Source of the DNA: a virus
Lineage: Duplodnaviria; Caudoviricetes
Direction: 5' to 3' (one strand)
IMG/VR virus record: IMGVR_UViG_3300047279_000007
Location: 1-29,758 of that record
DNA length: 29,758 bases
The translations under genes and the position numbers were made by a program. Positions within the stretch are counted from its first letter, which is position 1. Each line of letters opens with the position of its first letter. Shown in pieces: positions 1 to 8,614 of the stretch. Below the pieces are notes generated by a model. It saw only the letters and a program-made list of their open reading frames with translations. It had not been told where the DNA came from and did no database searches.

Positions 1-660
1 ACTAGCGGGCGTAAATGAGGCGGGGTTGACATTGCCAAATGGAGACTTTGCATTAGCCTCAAACATTTTTGCGCCCGTTGTGGGGTTAAACGCAACATCG
101 CCTTCTTTAAGAATCAAAGGTGCTTTTGGTGCAAGCTGACCCATGTACATATTCATGGCTTGTTGTTGCATACCAGGCGTTTTAAACTCGCCAATCAACG
201 ATGGGTCAATCACGCCCATTGCTTTTGCGGGCGTTGCGGGCATGGTCATTGCACGTTGTTGGTCAGGCTGCATCTGAGCAAATGTTGGCGCAAGGTTTGG
301 ATTATCTTCAAAATCTCGTGCAGTTGGTTCTTGCTTGATTTCAGGCGTAGCCGCTTTGCTTTGCAGACCTTCAATCAATCGTTGGATGTCAGAAGTTGTG
401 TCAGCGCGATATTGCTCGCCCAAGGCTTTTTGCTCTGATTTCAAACCTTCTTGATTCTTGTTTGACAAGTACATTTGAAGCACTTTAGCCAAACCCTGAA
501 CGGGGCTAATTGGGGCTTGAATGCCTTGATATGAACCCGCTTGAATAGGCTCAAATGCTTGCTGTTGCAGAATCTCAGCCATTTTCTGGCGTCGATCCAA
601 CTCCTGTTGTTGCAACTGATAAGGATTAGCAACGCCAAATTGCTCGTATTGATTAGCCAT
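1..660 (-). CDS. Internal virion/ejection protein, partial (runs off left edge)
   Basis: Not in ORF track. ATG at 660 just after the stop of the 920-aa gene; frame open to base 1 (MANQYEQFGVANPYQLQQQELDRRQKMAEILQQQAF...). Q/A/P-rich and placed in the ejection module. Confidence 0.75.
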   Translation of the reverse strand, partial: MANQYEQFGVANPYQLQQQELDRRQKMAEILQQQAFEPIQAGSYQGIQAPISPVQGLAKVLQMYLSNKNQEGLKSEQKALGEQYRADTTSDIQRLIEGLQSKAATPEIKQEPTARDFEDNPNLAPTFAQMQPDQQRAMTMPATPAKAMGVIDPSLIGEFKTPGMQQQAMNMYMGQLAPKAPLILKEGDVAFNPTTGAKMFEANAKSPFGNVNPASFTPAS

Positions 661-664
661 TTTT

Positions 665-3427
665 TTACCCGTTCAATAAACCGTAGTTGACCATTTTGTA
701 ACCGCTTGGGTGCATCAAAACAGCTTCAGGCATGACTTTTTCAACTTCATCTGCCATTACGCCTTGTTGACGTTGACCCAAAATGTCATATTCATACAAA
801 CCGATTCCAAGTTTGTGAGTGCCAATGCGCTCAATGTTTGATTTCAGTCTGCGATCTGAAAGTGCTGCACCCGCAAGGCTAAACAATCCGCTTGTTGTGG
901 CATTAGCACCAGATTGTTGGATGCCATAGTTTTGCATATTAGCCGCACCTTGCGCTTGCGCACCCGCAAAGACAGGGGCGGGGGCAATGTTCGTTGGGTT
1001 GTAACCTTGGAACTGAGGCATCTGCAACTGAGAACCACTCATCAAACCTGTGATTTCATTCAAAGGCTGATTGCGCAATTGAAGTTTGGCTTGCAAATCT
1101 TGCAAAGCCGCATTATTGCTGAACTGCGCACTACCAAGGTTTTGGTTGTACTGCTGAAGTTGTGCGGCATTAGCCAATTGCTGTTGCTGTGCGGCAATAG
1201 CTTGATTTTGAGCAAGCGCTTGATTTTGCGCTGCTTGTGTGTTCATGCCTTGCTGATAATTCTGACCAGCCGCTGCATTTGCAAGTTGTTGGCTTGTCAC
1301 GTTCTGGCCAAAGTTCTGTGCAATTGCTTGGTTTTGTGCCTGTTGTGTGGCCAAAGCATTGTTGAAATTCTGCTGTGTAGCTTGATTTCCAAGTTGCTGA
1401 TTGGTCACATTTTGACCAAAGTTCTGGGCAACGGCTTGATTTGCCAACTGTTGATTTGTCACGTTTTGACCAAAGTTCTGCGCAGCCGCCTGATTTTGAG
1501 CCGCTTGCGTTCCCATACCTTGTTGGTAATTTTGACCAATTGCGGCATTGTAGGCTTGTTGATTTTGCAAACTTTGACCAAAGTTTTGACCAACCGCTGC
1601 GTTATATGCTTGCTGTTGCGCTAATCCTTGAGCTGAATTCTGAGCAATGGCTTGATTGGCGGCTTGTTGGTTTTGCAAGTTTGCACCAAATCCAGACAAT
1701 TGGGCTTGATTGGCAAATTGCGCATTACCTTGAGCTTGCGCGTATTGTTGAGCTTGCGCTTGGTTTGCCGCAGCTTGTTGTTGCAATGCAGTATTTTGGT
1801 TTTGCGCAAGGGCTGCATTTGCCGCATTGGATGCGGTCATGTCCTGACCAAAGTTTTGCGCAACAGCTTGGTTAGCGGCTTGCTGAGATGACATCCCTTG
1901 GCCGTAATTTTGGGCAACTGCTTGATTAGCCGCTTGTTGAGCAGACATAGCTTGACCAAAGTTTTGACCAATAGCTTGGTTTTGCAATTGCTGTGAACTT
2001 AATGCTTGGCCATAATTTTGTGCAATTGCTGCGTTTTGTGCTTGCTGATTTTGCAAATTAACGCCAAAACTTGCCAACTGCGCTTGATTGCCAAATTGAC
2101 CTGATTGCAATTGTTGGTTAAAACCTTGACCTTGAGCCGCGTTTTGAGCTTGTTGAGCAGCCAAAGCATTGCCAAAGTTTTGTTGGATGCCAGTATTTCC
2201 AAATTGACCCGAGGCCAAGGCTTGATTAAAACCTTGTTGATTTGCGGCAGTATCCAAACTAATGCCTTGCAAAGCCGCTTGAGTCAACAAGTCATTTTGT
2301 TGCTGACTTTGATCTCGCATAGCATTGGTATATGCCTCGCCGCCCGCCACTAAACCTTGGTTAGCCAAGTTTTGAGCATTAGCTTTTTGCTGACGTTCCA
2401 ATTGGGGGGCAAGGCGCGACATAATTGCCGCTTGACCTGTAGTTCCCGCATTAACAGGCATTTGCGCAACATTGCTCAAATTTAATTGGTTGTTAGCAAG
2501 GTAATTATTAGCGTTTAAGTTTTGGTTAATTTGGCCAATATTGTTAAGCGATGTTTGTAAATTGACACCTCCAACGCCTCCTTGAGCCAATCCATATTTT
2601 TCAGAATTTACACTTCCAGCCGATCCAAATTGATCTCCCCCAACATTTCCTTGAGCTAAACCATATTGATCTGCCGCAACACTTCCTTGAGCTTGTCCAT
2701 ACTGATTTGCACCAATTGATGAAGCAGAACCATAACCGCCCAAATCAGGGCCACCTTGCACAGTTCCATAATTGCCATAGTTTTGTTGCAGACTTGGGCC
2801 TGTTACACCACCAGTTGCTGTTCCACCTTGGAAGTTACCTCTAGCAGTCCCTCCATATACGCCACCAACAGCTTGGCCACCTTGGAAATTTGCACTAGCT
2901 TGGGGATTAGCAACAGAACCATACGCTGTGCCACTATCAACAGAGCCATACGCTTGGCCACTTTGGGCATTACCCATTGCTGTGCCGCCAGTAACATTAC
3001 CAACAGCCTTGTCGCCTGTAAATCCACCATTAGCCGATCCCATTGCAGCTAGATCAGGCGAGCCTTGGATTTTTCCAGAATCAGCAAGCGAAAAAATGCC
3101 CGCTGGCCCTGTATATTGAAATGGCGTGCCAATAATCTTTGATGCACTAGCAAGACCTTGTTCGCCAAGGTTTGCCATTCCTTGTTGCACTCGTTGCTGT
3201 GATTCCAACGTGCTTTGTGCCGTTGGTGTCAAGTTTTGAGTAATCGTTGGCTGATTTGTTACAGGATCAAACGTAACAGTTTGGCCACCCAACGGGCCAT
3301 TGATGTTGGGGTTGTTTAAATAACCTTGCGTGATCGCTGTATCTTTGTTTGCTACGCCTTGAGCAGTAGCGGCAGCAGCATAATCAGGCGTTGCGGGCGC
3401 AGATGGTTGAGGGCATAAGAAAGCCAT
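665..3427 (-). CDS. Q/N/G-rich repetitive ejection/DNA-pilot-like protein with C-terminal peptidase S74-like (intramolecular chaperone) domain
   Basis: 920 aa with AAGGA RBS. Exact 18-aa periodicity from residue 400 to 778; 9-12-aa Gly-rich repeats at 112-320; SDRRLKSNI...GVMADEV...VNY at the C-terminus; follows tail hub and GNAT. Confidence 0.75.
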   Translation of the reverse strand: MAFLCPQPSAPATPDYAAAATAQGVANKDTAITQGYLNNPNINGPLGGQTVTFDPVTNQPTITQNLTPTAQSTLESQQRVQQGMANLGEQGLASASKIIGTPFQYTGPAGIFSLADSGKIQGSPDLAAMGSANGGFTGDKAVGNVTGGTAMGNAQSGQAYGSVDSGTAYGSVANPQASANFQGGQAVGGVYGGTARGNFQGGTATGGVTGPSLQQNYGNYGTVQGGPDLGGYGSASSIGANQYGQAQGSVAADQYGLAQGNVGGDQFGSAGSVNSEKYGLAQGGVGGVNLQTSLNNIGQINQNLNANNYLANNQLNLSNVAQMPVNAGTTGQAAIMSRLAPQLERQQKANAQNLANQGLVAGGEAYTNAMRDQSQQQNDLLTQAALQGISLDTAANQQGFNQALASGQFGNTGIQQNFGNALAAQQAQNAAQGQGFNQQLQSGQFGNQAQLASFGVNLQNQQAQNAAIAQNYGQALSSQQLQNQAIGQNFGQAMSAQQAANQAVAQNYGQGMSSQQAANQAVAQNFGQDMTASNAANAALAQNQNTALQQQAAANQAQAQQYAQAQGNAQFANQAQLSGFGANLQNQQAANQAIAQNSAQGLAQQQAYNAAVGQNFGQSLQNQQAYNAAIGQNYQQGMGTQAAQNQAAAQNFGQNVTNQQLANQAVAQNFGQNVTNQQLGNQATQQNFNNALATQQAQNQAIAQNFGQNVTSQQLANAAAGQNYQQGMNTQAAQNQALAQNQAIAAQQQQLANAAQLQQYNQNLGSAQFSNNAALQDLQAKLQLRNQPLNEITGLMSGSQLQMPQFQGYNPTNIAPAPVFAGAQAQGAANMQNYGIQQSGANATTSGLFSLAGAALSDRRLKSNIERIGTHKLGIGLYEYDILGQRQQGVMADEVEKVMPEAVLMHPSGYKMVNYGLLNG
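1088..2245 (-). repeat. About 21 tandem 54-bp/18-aa coding repeats (consensus roughly AQNFGQxxxxQQxxNQAx)
   Basis: Anchor residues F400, F418, F436, F454, Y472, F490, Y508, F526, Q544, Y562, F580, S598, F616, Y634, F652, F670, F688, F706, Y724, Q742, Y760 are exactly 18 apart. Confidence 0.9.
2468..3094 (-). repeat. Gly-rich 9-12-aa coding repeats (GxAxGxV/FxG)
   Basis: Nine consecutive 9-mers GSANGGFTG, DKAVGNVTG, GTAMGNAQS, GQAYGSVDS, GTAYGSVAN, PQASANFQG, GQAVGGVYG, GTARGNFQG, GTATGGVTG, flanked by longer 10-12-aa units. Confidence 0.85.
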
Positions 3428-3429
3428 GT

Positions 3430-3867
3430 TTATTCCTTAAATTCGTATGTTTCGCCTGATGGCTCATAGTTTGCTCTTTCAAGCAAAACACTCAAATCTT
3501 GATTTTTCTTGTGGCTAATCATGATTTGGCTAACACCATTAACTTTGAGCATTTGACCTGCTAATTTGAGCAGTTTGCAAATTCCAAGACCGCCTCGGTG
3601 TTCAGGCAGTACATAGTAGAAAACGTCTAGTGCTTGCATTGCGCCATAGAAAGGCGATCTGAACACCATAAAACCCGCATGGCCCGCTAGTTCACCTGTT
3701 TCGGTGCGCAAGGTAAAGTATGCAAAGTTGCCTGTTCTTTCTAGTTCAATCATGCCACCTAAATCGCTTTTCAGGTTGGCATTACCATAAAGTTCAGTCC
3801 AATGTTTGCCAATAAGCACAACGGCTTCGGCTGAAACATCTGCAAATCTTTCCATCTTTGCGTTCAT
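3430..3867 (-). CDS. GNAT-family acetyltransferase-like protein in the virion module
   Basis: ATG at 3867 overlaps the upstream stop (ATGA). Motif-A-like YYVLPEHRGGLGICKLL; typical podovirus position between tail hub and internal proteins. Confidence 0.75.
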   Translation of the reverse strand: MNAKMERFADVSAEAVVLIGKHWTELYGNANLKSDLGGMIELERTGNFAYFTLRTETGELAGHAGFMVFRSPFYGAMQALDVFYYVLPEHRGGLGICKLLKLAGQMLKVNGVSQIMISHKKNQDLSVLLERANYEPSGETYEFKE

Positions 3868-5408
3868 ATACCAGCCCATCCTTGTTGGAAAACCACATCG
3901 GTTGAGGCCCACTCAATTTGCAGACCCTGTGATGCTGATTTTAACTGAATACCCGCGCAGTATCCAATGCCAGTTACGCCTTGCCAGTTGTTTGTGATAA
4001 TTGTGCCGCCCGCCCACAATGCGTTGTCCCACAAAGATGTGTCCCACAAACCATAGGTAGTTGGGCTAAAGTTCAAACTTCCTGTTGTGTCTGAAACGTC
4101 AAAATCGACATTCATACCAACCAAAATCGCGGGCGTTCCATCGGTGAAAATAGATGGTCTTGCTCGGGTAAAGTATTTCTTTACGCCACGGCTTTCATAA
4201 TAGTTAAACGCTTGCAACGCAACAGCATTGATGTCGTTTACATCGTCAACATAGCCATCCCACGCCAAACCAACAAAGCCATTACCGCCAAAGTATGGAT
4301 CATCGTTAAATGTCTCCCAACAGTTAGCGCCCCATCCTGTAAACCTTGTCCATGACTTTGTAATGGTGTTCATCACAAACTGCTCTTGCACACCAGCGCC
4401 AACAGGCACATTGATCCACAAAGCATTGTTTTTGGCGTGATAAAGCAAAGCCCAACCAAATGAGTTTTGGTATAGCGTTGTCGCCTCAGTAATAGCGCCC
4501 TGAATCTTGTCAGACAAATTGACCCTTGGGTCAAGTCGGCTTGATTGCAACGCTGAAGCCAATGGCAACAAACCGTCCAAACTCAAAATCAATAGGTCGC
4601 CACCATACTTATACAAACAACGCCTAGAAACGGGCGCACCGAGCTTCCAAACGCCCGCTAAAGCCCATGTGCTTGCTGAGGCGGGGTCTGTGCCTCGATA
4701 GACAATAATCTCGCCCTGAGACGTCACAAACACAAGGTTATCGTCAACGCCATAACCTGCATCAATTGTCCATGCGCTAACAGAAACAATGTAGCCACCC
4801 ATTCGGGCAATGGAACTCAAGTCTAGAACTTGTGCTTCACCACCAACTGAGTTAGTCGGCAAATACCATGCTTTCAGGCTTTCTTTTTCAATAAACCACA
4901 CGCGATTCTTAAACAACGTGACATTGTTTAATTTGTTTGTGGTTACGCCTGTGATTGCAATGGGTGAGCTTGATCCGTTAATGCTTGCCCATGTTGAGCC
5001 GTTGTACAGTAAAGGGTCATCAACACCATTGCAAGCGTACAGAAAGCTACCACCAGCCGTTGTGACGTTAATATGCTCAAAACGGCTGTTTGATAGCCCT
5101 GTTTTTTCAGCAGCACCAACAGCACCCTTGGTTGTGCAATTGTAGATTTTGCCATCAGCAATACCAAACAACTTACTTACAGAGCCAGTCTCGTAAGCCA
5201 TGATGGTTTCAACTTGGCCTGTGATACCTGTTGACCATTTGCTGTACCCACCGCGCAAATTCACACTTGAAACAGTTGGAAAGAAATTGGTCATTGTCAC
5301 CGCATCAGTTGGTGACATATTGGCCAATGAATCGCGCACGTTCCAGCCGCCAACGGGCGCAGGAATACTCGCTACATTAGCGGCAGTTCTTTGGGCGATT
5401 TTTGGCAT
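3864..5408 (-). CDS. Tail hub/nozzle (P22 gp10 / tail tubular B-like)
   Basis: 514 aa, beta-rich; N-terminal PAPVGGWN, FKNRVWF motif; follows the adaptor gene. Confidence 0.7.
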   Translation of the reverse strand: MPKIAQRTAANVASIPAPVGGWNVRDSLANMSPTDAVTMTNFFPTVSSVNLRGGYSKWSTGITGQVETIMAYETGSVSKLFGIADGKIYNCTTKGAVGAAEKTGLSNSRFEHINVTTAGGSFLYACNGVDDPLLYNGSTWASINGSSSPIAITGVTTNKLNNVTLFKNRVWFIEKESLKAWYLPTNSVGGEAQVLDLSSIARMGGYIVSVSAWTIDAGYGVDDNLVFVTSQGEIIVYRGTDPASASTWALAGVWKLGAPVSRRCLYKYGGDLLILSLDGLLPLASALQSSRLDPRVNLSDKIQGAITEATTLYQNSFGWALLYHAKNNALWINVPVGAGVQEQFVMNTITKSWTRFTGWGANCWETFNDDPYFGGNGFVGLAWDGYVDDVNDINAVALQAFNYYESRGVKKYFTRARPSIFTDGTPAILVGMNVDFDVSDTTGSLNFSPTTYGLWDTSLWDNALWAGGTIITNNWQGVTGIGYCAGIQLKSASQGLQIEWASTDVVFQQGWAGI

Positions 5409-6319
5409 TACGGTGATGCCCCATAACCGCTGTCAGGAATGTTGTCGTAGCCCACCAGAATAGTGCCTGGCCTTGGCGCAAACGACAAGTTAGCCGCAGA
5501 CATATCCAAAGCAATAGCCGCTTCCATTTCTTCCAAATAGTTGCGATACATTGCCGTTGTGTCAAAACCTTTAGCCTCAAAATATTTGAGCTTTGTTGAC
5601 AGCACCATCAAACGGTCAGGATAGATGCAAGTATCGGTGTCAGCCGTAAACGACGTCTTGGGAATGTCTGAGGCGCTATTTGCCCAAGCGTTTGATCGGT
5701 ACTCATAGCCCAAGAACTCAGCGGTAGAGAAGCCAGGCCAGATTTGGAAATACTTGCTAAACAAGCGCCACCGAATTCGAGGGCCAGTTGCAATGTAACC
5801 TGAAAGCAACCACTCCCATTGTTGGGCGTCCTCTGGGCCTAACATCTCCCAATGCTTGTCTTTATCCCACATCGTCCGTGGAATGATGGCTTCATAGTCG
5901 CTAGGAAACGCATACTTCATCTTTTGGAAGTACACGGTTGCATTGGTTTGAGCAGTCGTGGTTTTTCTGGTTAACGTGACAGATGCACCAGAATCCACCG
6001 TTTGAATAAAGGTGTTTTGGTCGATTCCTGTACCAACCACCATGTAGGTGCTATCTAAACCAGTTGTGGATGGAATGTCCGTAATGGACAAACCATCATC
6101 GCTCCATGTGCCAGTAGTGGTTAGATATTCAGTATAGAACTGCTTTTGCTTTGTAAGCGTTCGCCAAGGATGTTTGCGCAGAAACTCGTATCCACTTGCA
6201 TTCATTAACGCAAGAATTTGGATAACGTCTTGATTAGTATTTCCAGCAACACTTGTCGGTGTTGTCACGCCTAATTCATTGGTAACTTGCTGCACTAACT
6301 GGAGCATAGTGCTAGACAT
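5408..6319 (-). CDS. Head-tail adaptor (tail tubular A-like)
   Basis: N-terminal MLQLVQQVTNELG helix, HPW motif, Y-x-FPSDY motif; position after capsid genes. Confidence 0.65.
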   Translation of the reverse strand: MSSTMLQLVQQVTNELGVTTPTSVAGNTNQDVIQILALMNASGYEFLRKHPWRTLTKQKQFYTEYLTTTGTWSDDGLSITDIPSTTGLDSTYMVVGTGIDQNTFIQTVDSGASVTLTRKTTTAQTNATVYFQKMKYAFPSDYEAIIPRTMWDKDKHWEMLGPEDAQQWEWLLSGYIATGPRIRWRLFSKYFQIWPGFSTAEFLGYEYRSNAWANSASDIPKTSFTADTDTCIYPDRLMVLSTKLKYFEAKGFDTTAMYRNYLEEMEAAIALDMSAANLSFAPRPGTILVGYDNIPDSGYGASP

Positions 6320-6322
6320 AAT

Positions 6323-6853
6323 TTACACCTCTTTTTTAGGGCGGCCTCGTGTTTTTTCAGACATCAAGGCTTTCATTTGCTCTTGCAATTCTTTCAATTC
6401 AGAACGGGTTTGCTCTAATTCAAATGAACTTTCACTTTGATTGCGACGCAGCAAATATGCTCGCGCTTTTTCACGCAACCCAACAGCGCCCATACCGACA
6501 CGCTGTAATTGAGCATCACTTGCCGTAGCAACTTGCTCAACTGTTTGAAACTTTAGAATTTGCAGTTCAGCCATTTGACTGTCTGTAAATTCTTCAGGGC
6601 GGTCTAGATGCCAATTTTGCAAAGTTGTGCCAATAATCGGCCCACCTTCTGAGTTTTGCATTTGATAGTGCAACCATTGACGGGGGAAGCGCTCTTTATG
6701 GTCATCACGAACAGGTTGTTCAATGATGTTGTACTTATCGCCAGGAACCATAATTCGCACAAACGGGGTGTCTTTGTACGGTGCTTTGTCAAATGTATAA
6801 AACTCAACGTGCAGATGTGAGTCTGCATTTGCAATATCGGAATCTAGTGCCAT
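6323..6853 (-). CDS. Conserved phage protein with HhH-like segment and C-terminal RGRP AT-hook-like tail
   Basis: KFQTVEQVATASDAQLQRVGMG, then a coiled coil and KTRGRPKKEV; AGGA RBS. Confidence 0.6.
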   Translation of the reverse strand: MALDSDIANADSHLHVEFYTFDKAPYKDTPFVRIMVPGDKYNIIEQPVRDDHKERFPRQWLHYQMQNSEGGPIIGTTLQNWHLDRPEEFTDSQMAELQILKFQTVEQVATASDAQLQRVGMGAVGLREKARAYLLRRNQSESSFELEQTRSELKELQEQMKALMSEKTRGRPKKEV

Positions 6854-6870
6854 TTTTTATCCTGTGGGGA

Positions 6871-7233
6871 TTAAGCTGAAGTGACGGATGCCCAAGTTGT
6901 TGCGCTTGGCGCAAAAAGAATCATACTCTTTGCTGTAGCCAATGTAACAGATGTGGCTGCTGCATTGATAGTTGAGCTTGTATTGTAAGGGTAAACAGTA
7001 ATCGTTTGACCTGAGTCGTTACGAATACCGACCATTGCGCCAGCTTCTGTTGGAGGCAATTTAACGCCTGTGGAAGCAGATGAAGTTGTGATTGTGTTGA
7101 ACACAGCCGACAACAGTTTTGCATCAGCGGCAGTTGAACCCGTTGCAACAACGCCCACAGCACCATCGCCAGCGATAGAGATTGTGGACAAAGGCGAGTT
7201 ACCAGCGCCAAGAATTCGTGATGGAATAGCCAT
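6871..7233 (-). CDS. Putative virion structural protein
   Basis: 120 aa, A/T/S/G-rich and beta-type; AAGGA RBS; in the head module. Confidence 0.55.
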   Translation of the reverse strand: MAIPSRILGAGNSPLSTISIAGDGAVGVVATGSTAADAKLLSAVFNTITTSSASTGVKLPPTEAGAMVGIRNDSGQTITVYPYNTSSTINAAATSVTLATAKSMILFAPSATTWASVTSA

Positions 7234-7247
7234 ATTAGTTCCTTAAT

Positions 7248-7280
7248 TAAAAAGAGGCGGTTTTTATGCCGCCCCTTTTA
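7248..7280 (-). terminator. Rho-independent terminator after capsid/decoration genes
   Basis: Minus strand AAAAGGGGCGG-CATAAAAA-CCGCCTCTTTTT hairpin with U-tract. Confidence 0.8.
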
Positions 7281-7282
7281 TT

Positions 7283-7579
7283 TTACACAGATGCTTTAGA
7301 GAACCATGCAACGTCACCAGATGCTAGGGCAACTGCGGGCGATTTGTAAGAACCGCCAGTAGCTGCAACCAAGAACGTCGTTGCGTTGATGTCACAAGTG
7401 GTTGTTGAGGCTGTGATCGTTGCGTTGGCTTGAGCCAAAACATAGATGCGGCCATCAGAACCAAAAACTTCAGCACCCAAAGGGCCAATAGTAGGAACAG
7501 CCGTACCAGCGCTGTTCAGGTTAGTAGTGACGATGTTGTTAAAGTCAATACCAATGAGGGGGGTGATTGTATATGCCAT
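7283..7579 (-). CDS. Capsid decoration/cement protein
   Basis: 98 aa immediately after the major capsid gene and before the terminator; GSDGRIYV motif; AAGGAG RBS. Confidence 0.6.
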   Translation of the reverse strand: MAYTITPLIGIDFNNIVTTNLNSAGTAVPTIGPLGAEVFGSDGRIYVLAQANATITASTTTCDINATTFLVAATGGSYKSPAVALASGDVAWFSKASV

Positions 7580-7593
7580 GTTTATATACTCCT

Positions 7594-8595
7594 TTAAGCG
7601 ATCAGAACGCCACAGAACTGTGGGCCTGAGCTAGTCAAGTTACCAGCCCAACCAATCAACTTAACGATGGCATCTTGGTTAACGGCTTGACGCTCGCCAC
7701 CAATCGGCACAAAGTTACGGTCAACGTGAGGACGGAACATCAAATATTTGGTGTTCAAGAACCACATATGGTTAGCAGTAGCGGCAGAACCGATACCACC
7801 GTCAAGCACAACATCAGATGCCATGCCAGCGCCATAGTATTTCAATGAAGCAAAACCAGCGCCTTGAGTGGAGTTACCACCGTCAGTAACACGCTGAATG
7901 GATTGCATAGACTGCAAATACAAACGATAGTAATTGCTGTCAGCAACGATCAAGTCAGGCTTGTCTGTACCGCGAATCAACTGAACGGCCAAAGAATCCA
8001 TGTAAGACTGGATGTTTGAAGCTGTAACAGCCGCACCGCCATCGGTCACGCCAGAGAACTTTTGTGAACGCCAGAAGCTGTAGTTGGCACGGTTAATACC
8101 ACCGTAAGTACCAGTTGAAGGTGCATCAGGAACTGCTGCGCCCAAACCAGTAATGTTTTTGCCGCTGTTGCCTGTGCCATCTGTGTAGATGTCAGAACCA
8201 ATACGGTTAGCCAATTGTGCTTCAGCAACATTCATACGGCCATCAAGCAGATCAATAATCGCTTCTTTGCCCGAGTTCTGGATCATTTCAAGACCAGAGA
8301 TGGACACAGCAGCAGCGTATTGAGTAATGCTGAATTGAGCAGAACTGATAGGGCTGTTTTGTGATACGTTCAGCACTTCATAACCAGAATAAGAATTCGT
8401 GTTATTGGTTGTGCTGTCGTTGTACATAATCTCTTGCAAGATCACATTACCGCCAGAGAATGTTTTCACATTTCCACGGTCTTTGAGTCGGCGCAAAAGG
8501 GCGTTGTTGTTTGTGACGTTATCAGCTAACTCACCAGTACGGCTTTGAATGTTGGTCGCAATGATGTCGCTGATACTGGAATTGGCAAATGCCAT
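7594..8595 (-). CDS. Major capsid protein (HK97 fold)
   Basis: 333 aa after the scaffold; LADNVTNNNALL, IYTDGTG...ITGL, YGGINR motifs; AGGAG RBS. Confidence 0.85.
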   Translation of the reverse strand: MAFANSSISDIIATNIQSRTGELADNVTNNNALLRRLKDRGNVKTFSGGNVILQEIMYNDSTTNNTNSYSGYEVLNVSQNSPISSAQFSITQYAAAVSISGLEMIQNSGKEAIIDLLDGRMNVAEAQLANRIGSDIYTDGTGNSGKNITGLGAAVPDAPSTGTYGGINRANYSFWRSQKFSGVTDGGAAVTASNIQSYMDSLAVQLIRGTDKPDLIVADSNYYRLYLQSMQSIQRVTDGGNSTQGAGFASLKYYGAGMASDVVLDGGIGSAATANHMWFLNTKYLMFRPHVDRNFVPIGGERQAVNQDAIVKLIGWAGNLTSSGPQFCGVLIA

Positions 8596-8614
8596 AATAA
8601 TTCTCCTATATCAA

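Noticed and set aside
1088-2245. Periodic DNA repeats as a CRISPR array or DGR
   Set aside because: Repeats are degenerate, in-frame and coding; no constant repeat with unique spacers, no cas genes and no reverse transcriptase.
914-2353. Long Leu/Cys-rich plus-strand ORFs (e.g. 914-1624)
   Set aside because: Antisense shadows of the Gln/Asn/Ala codon repeats; no RBS or independent protein features.
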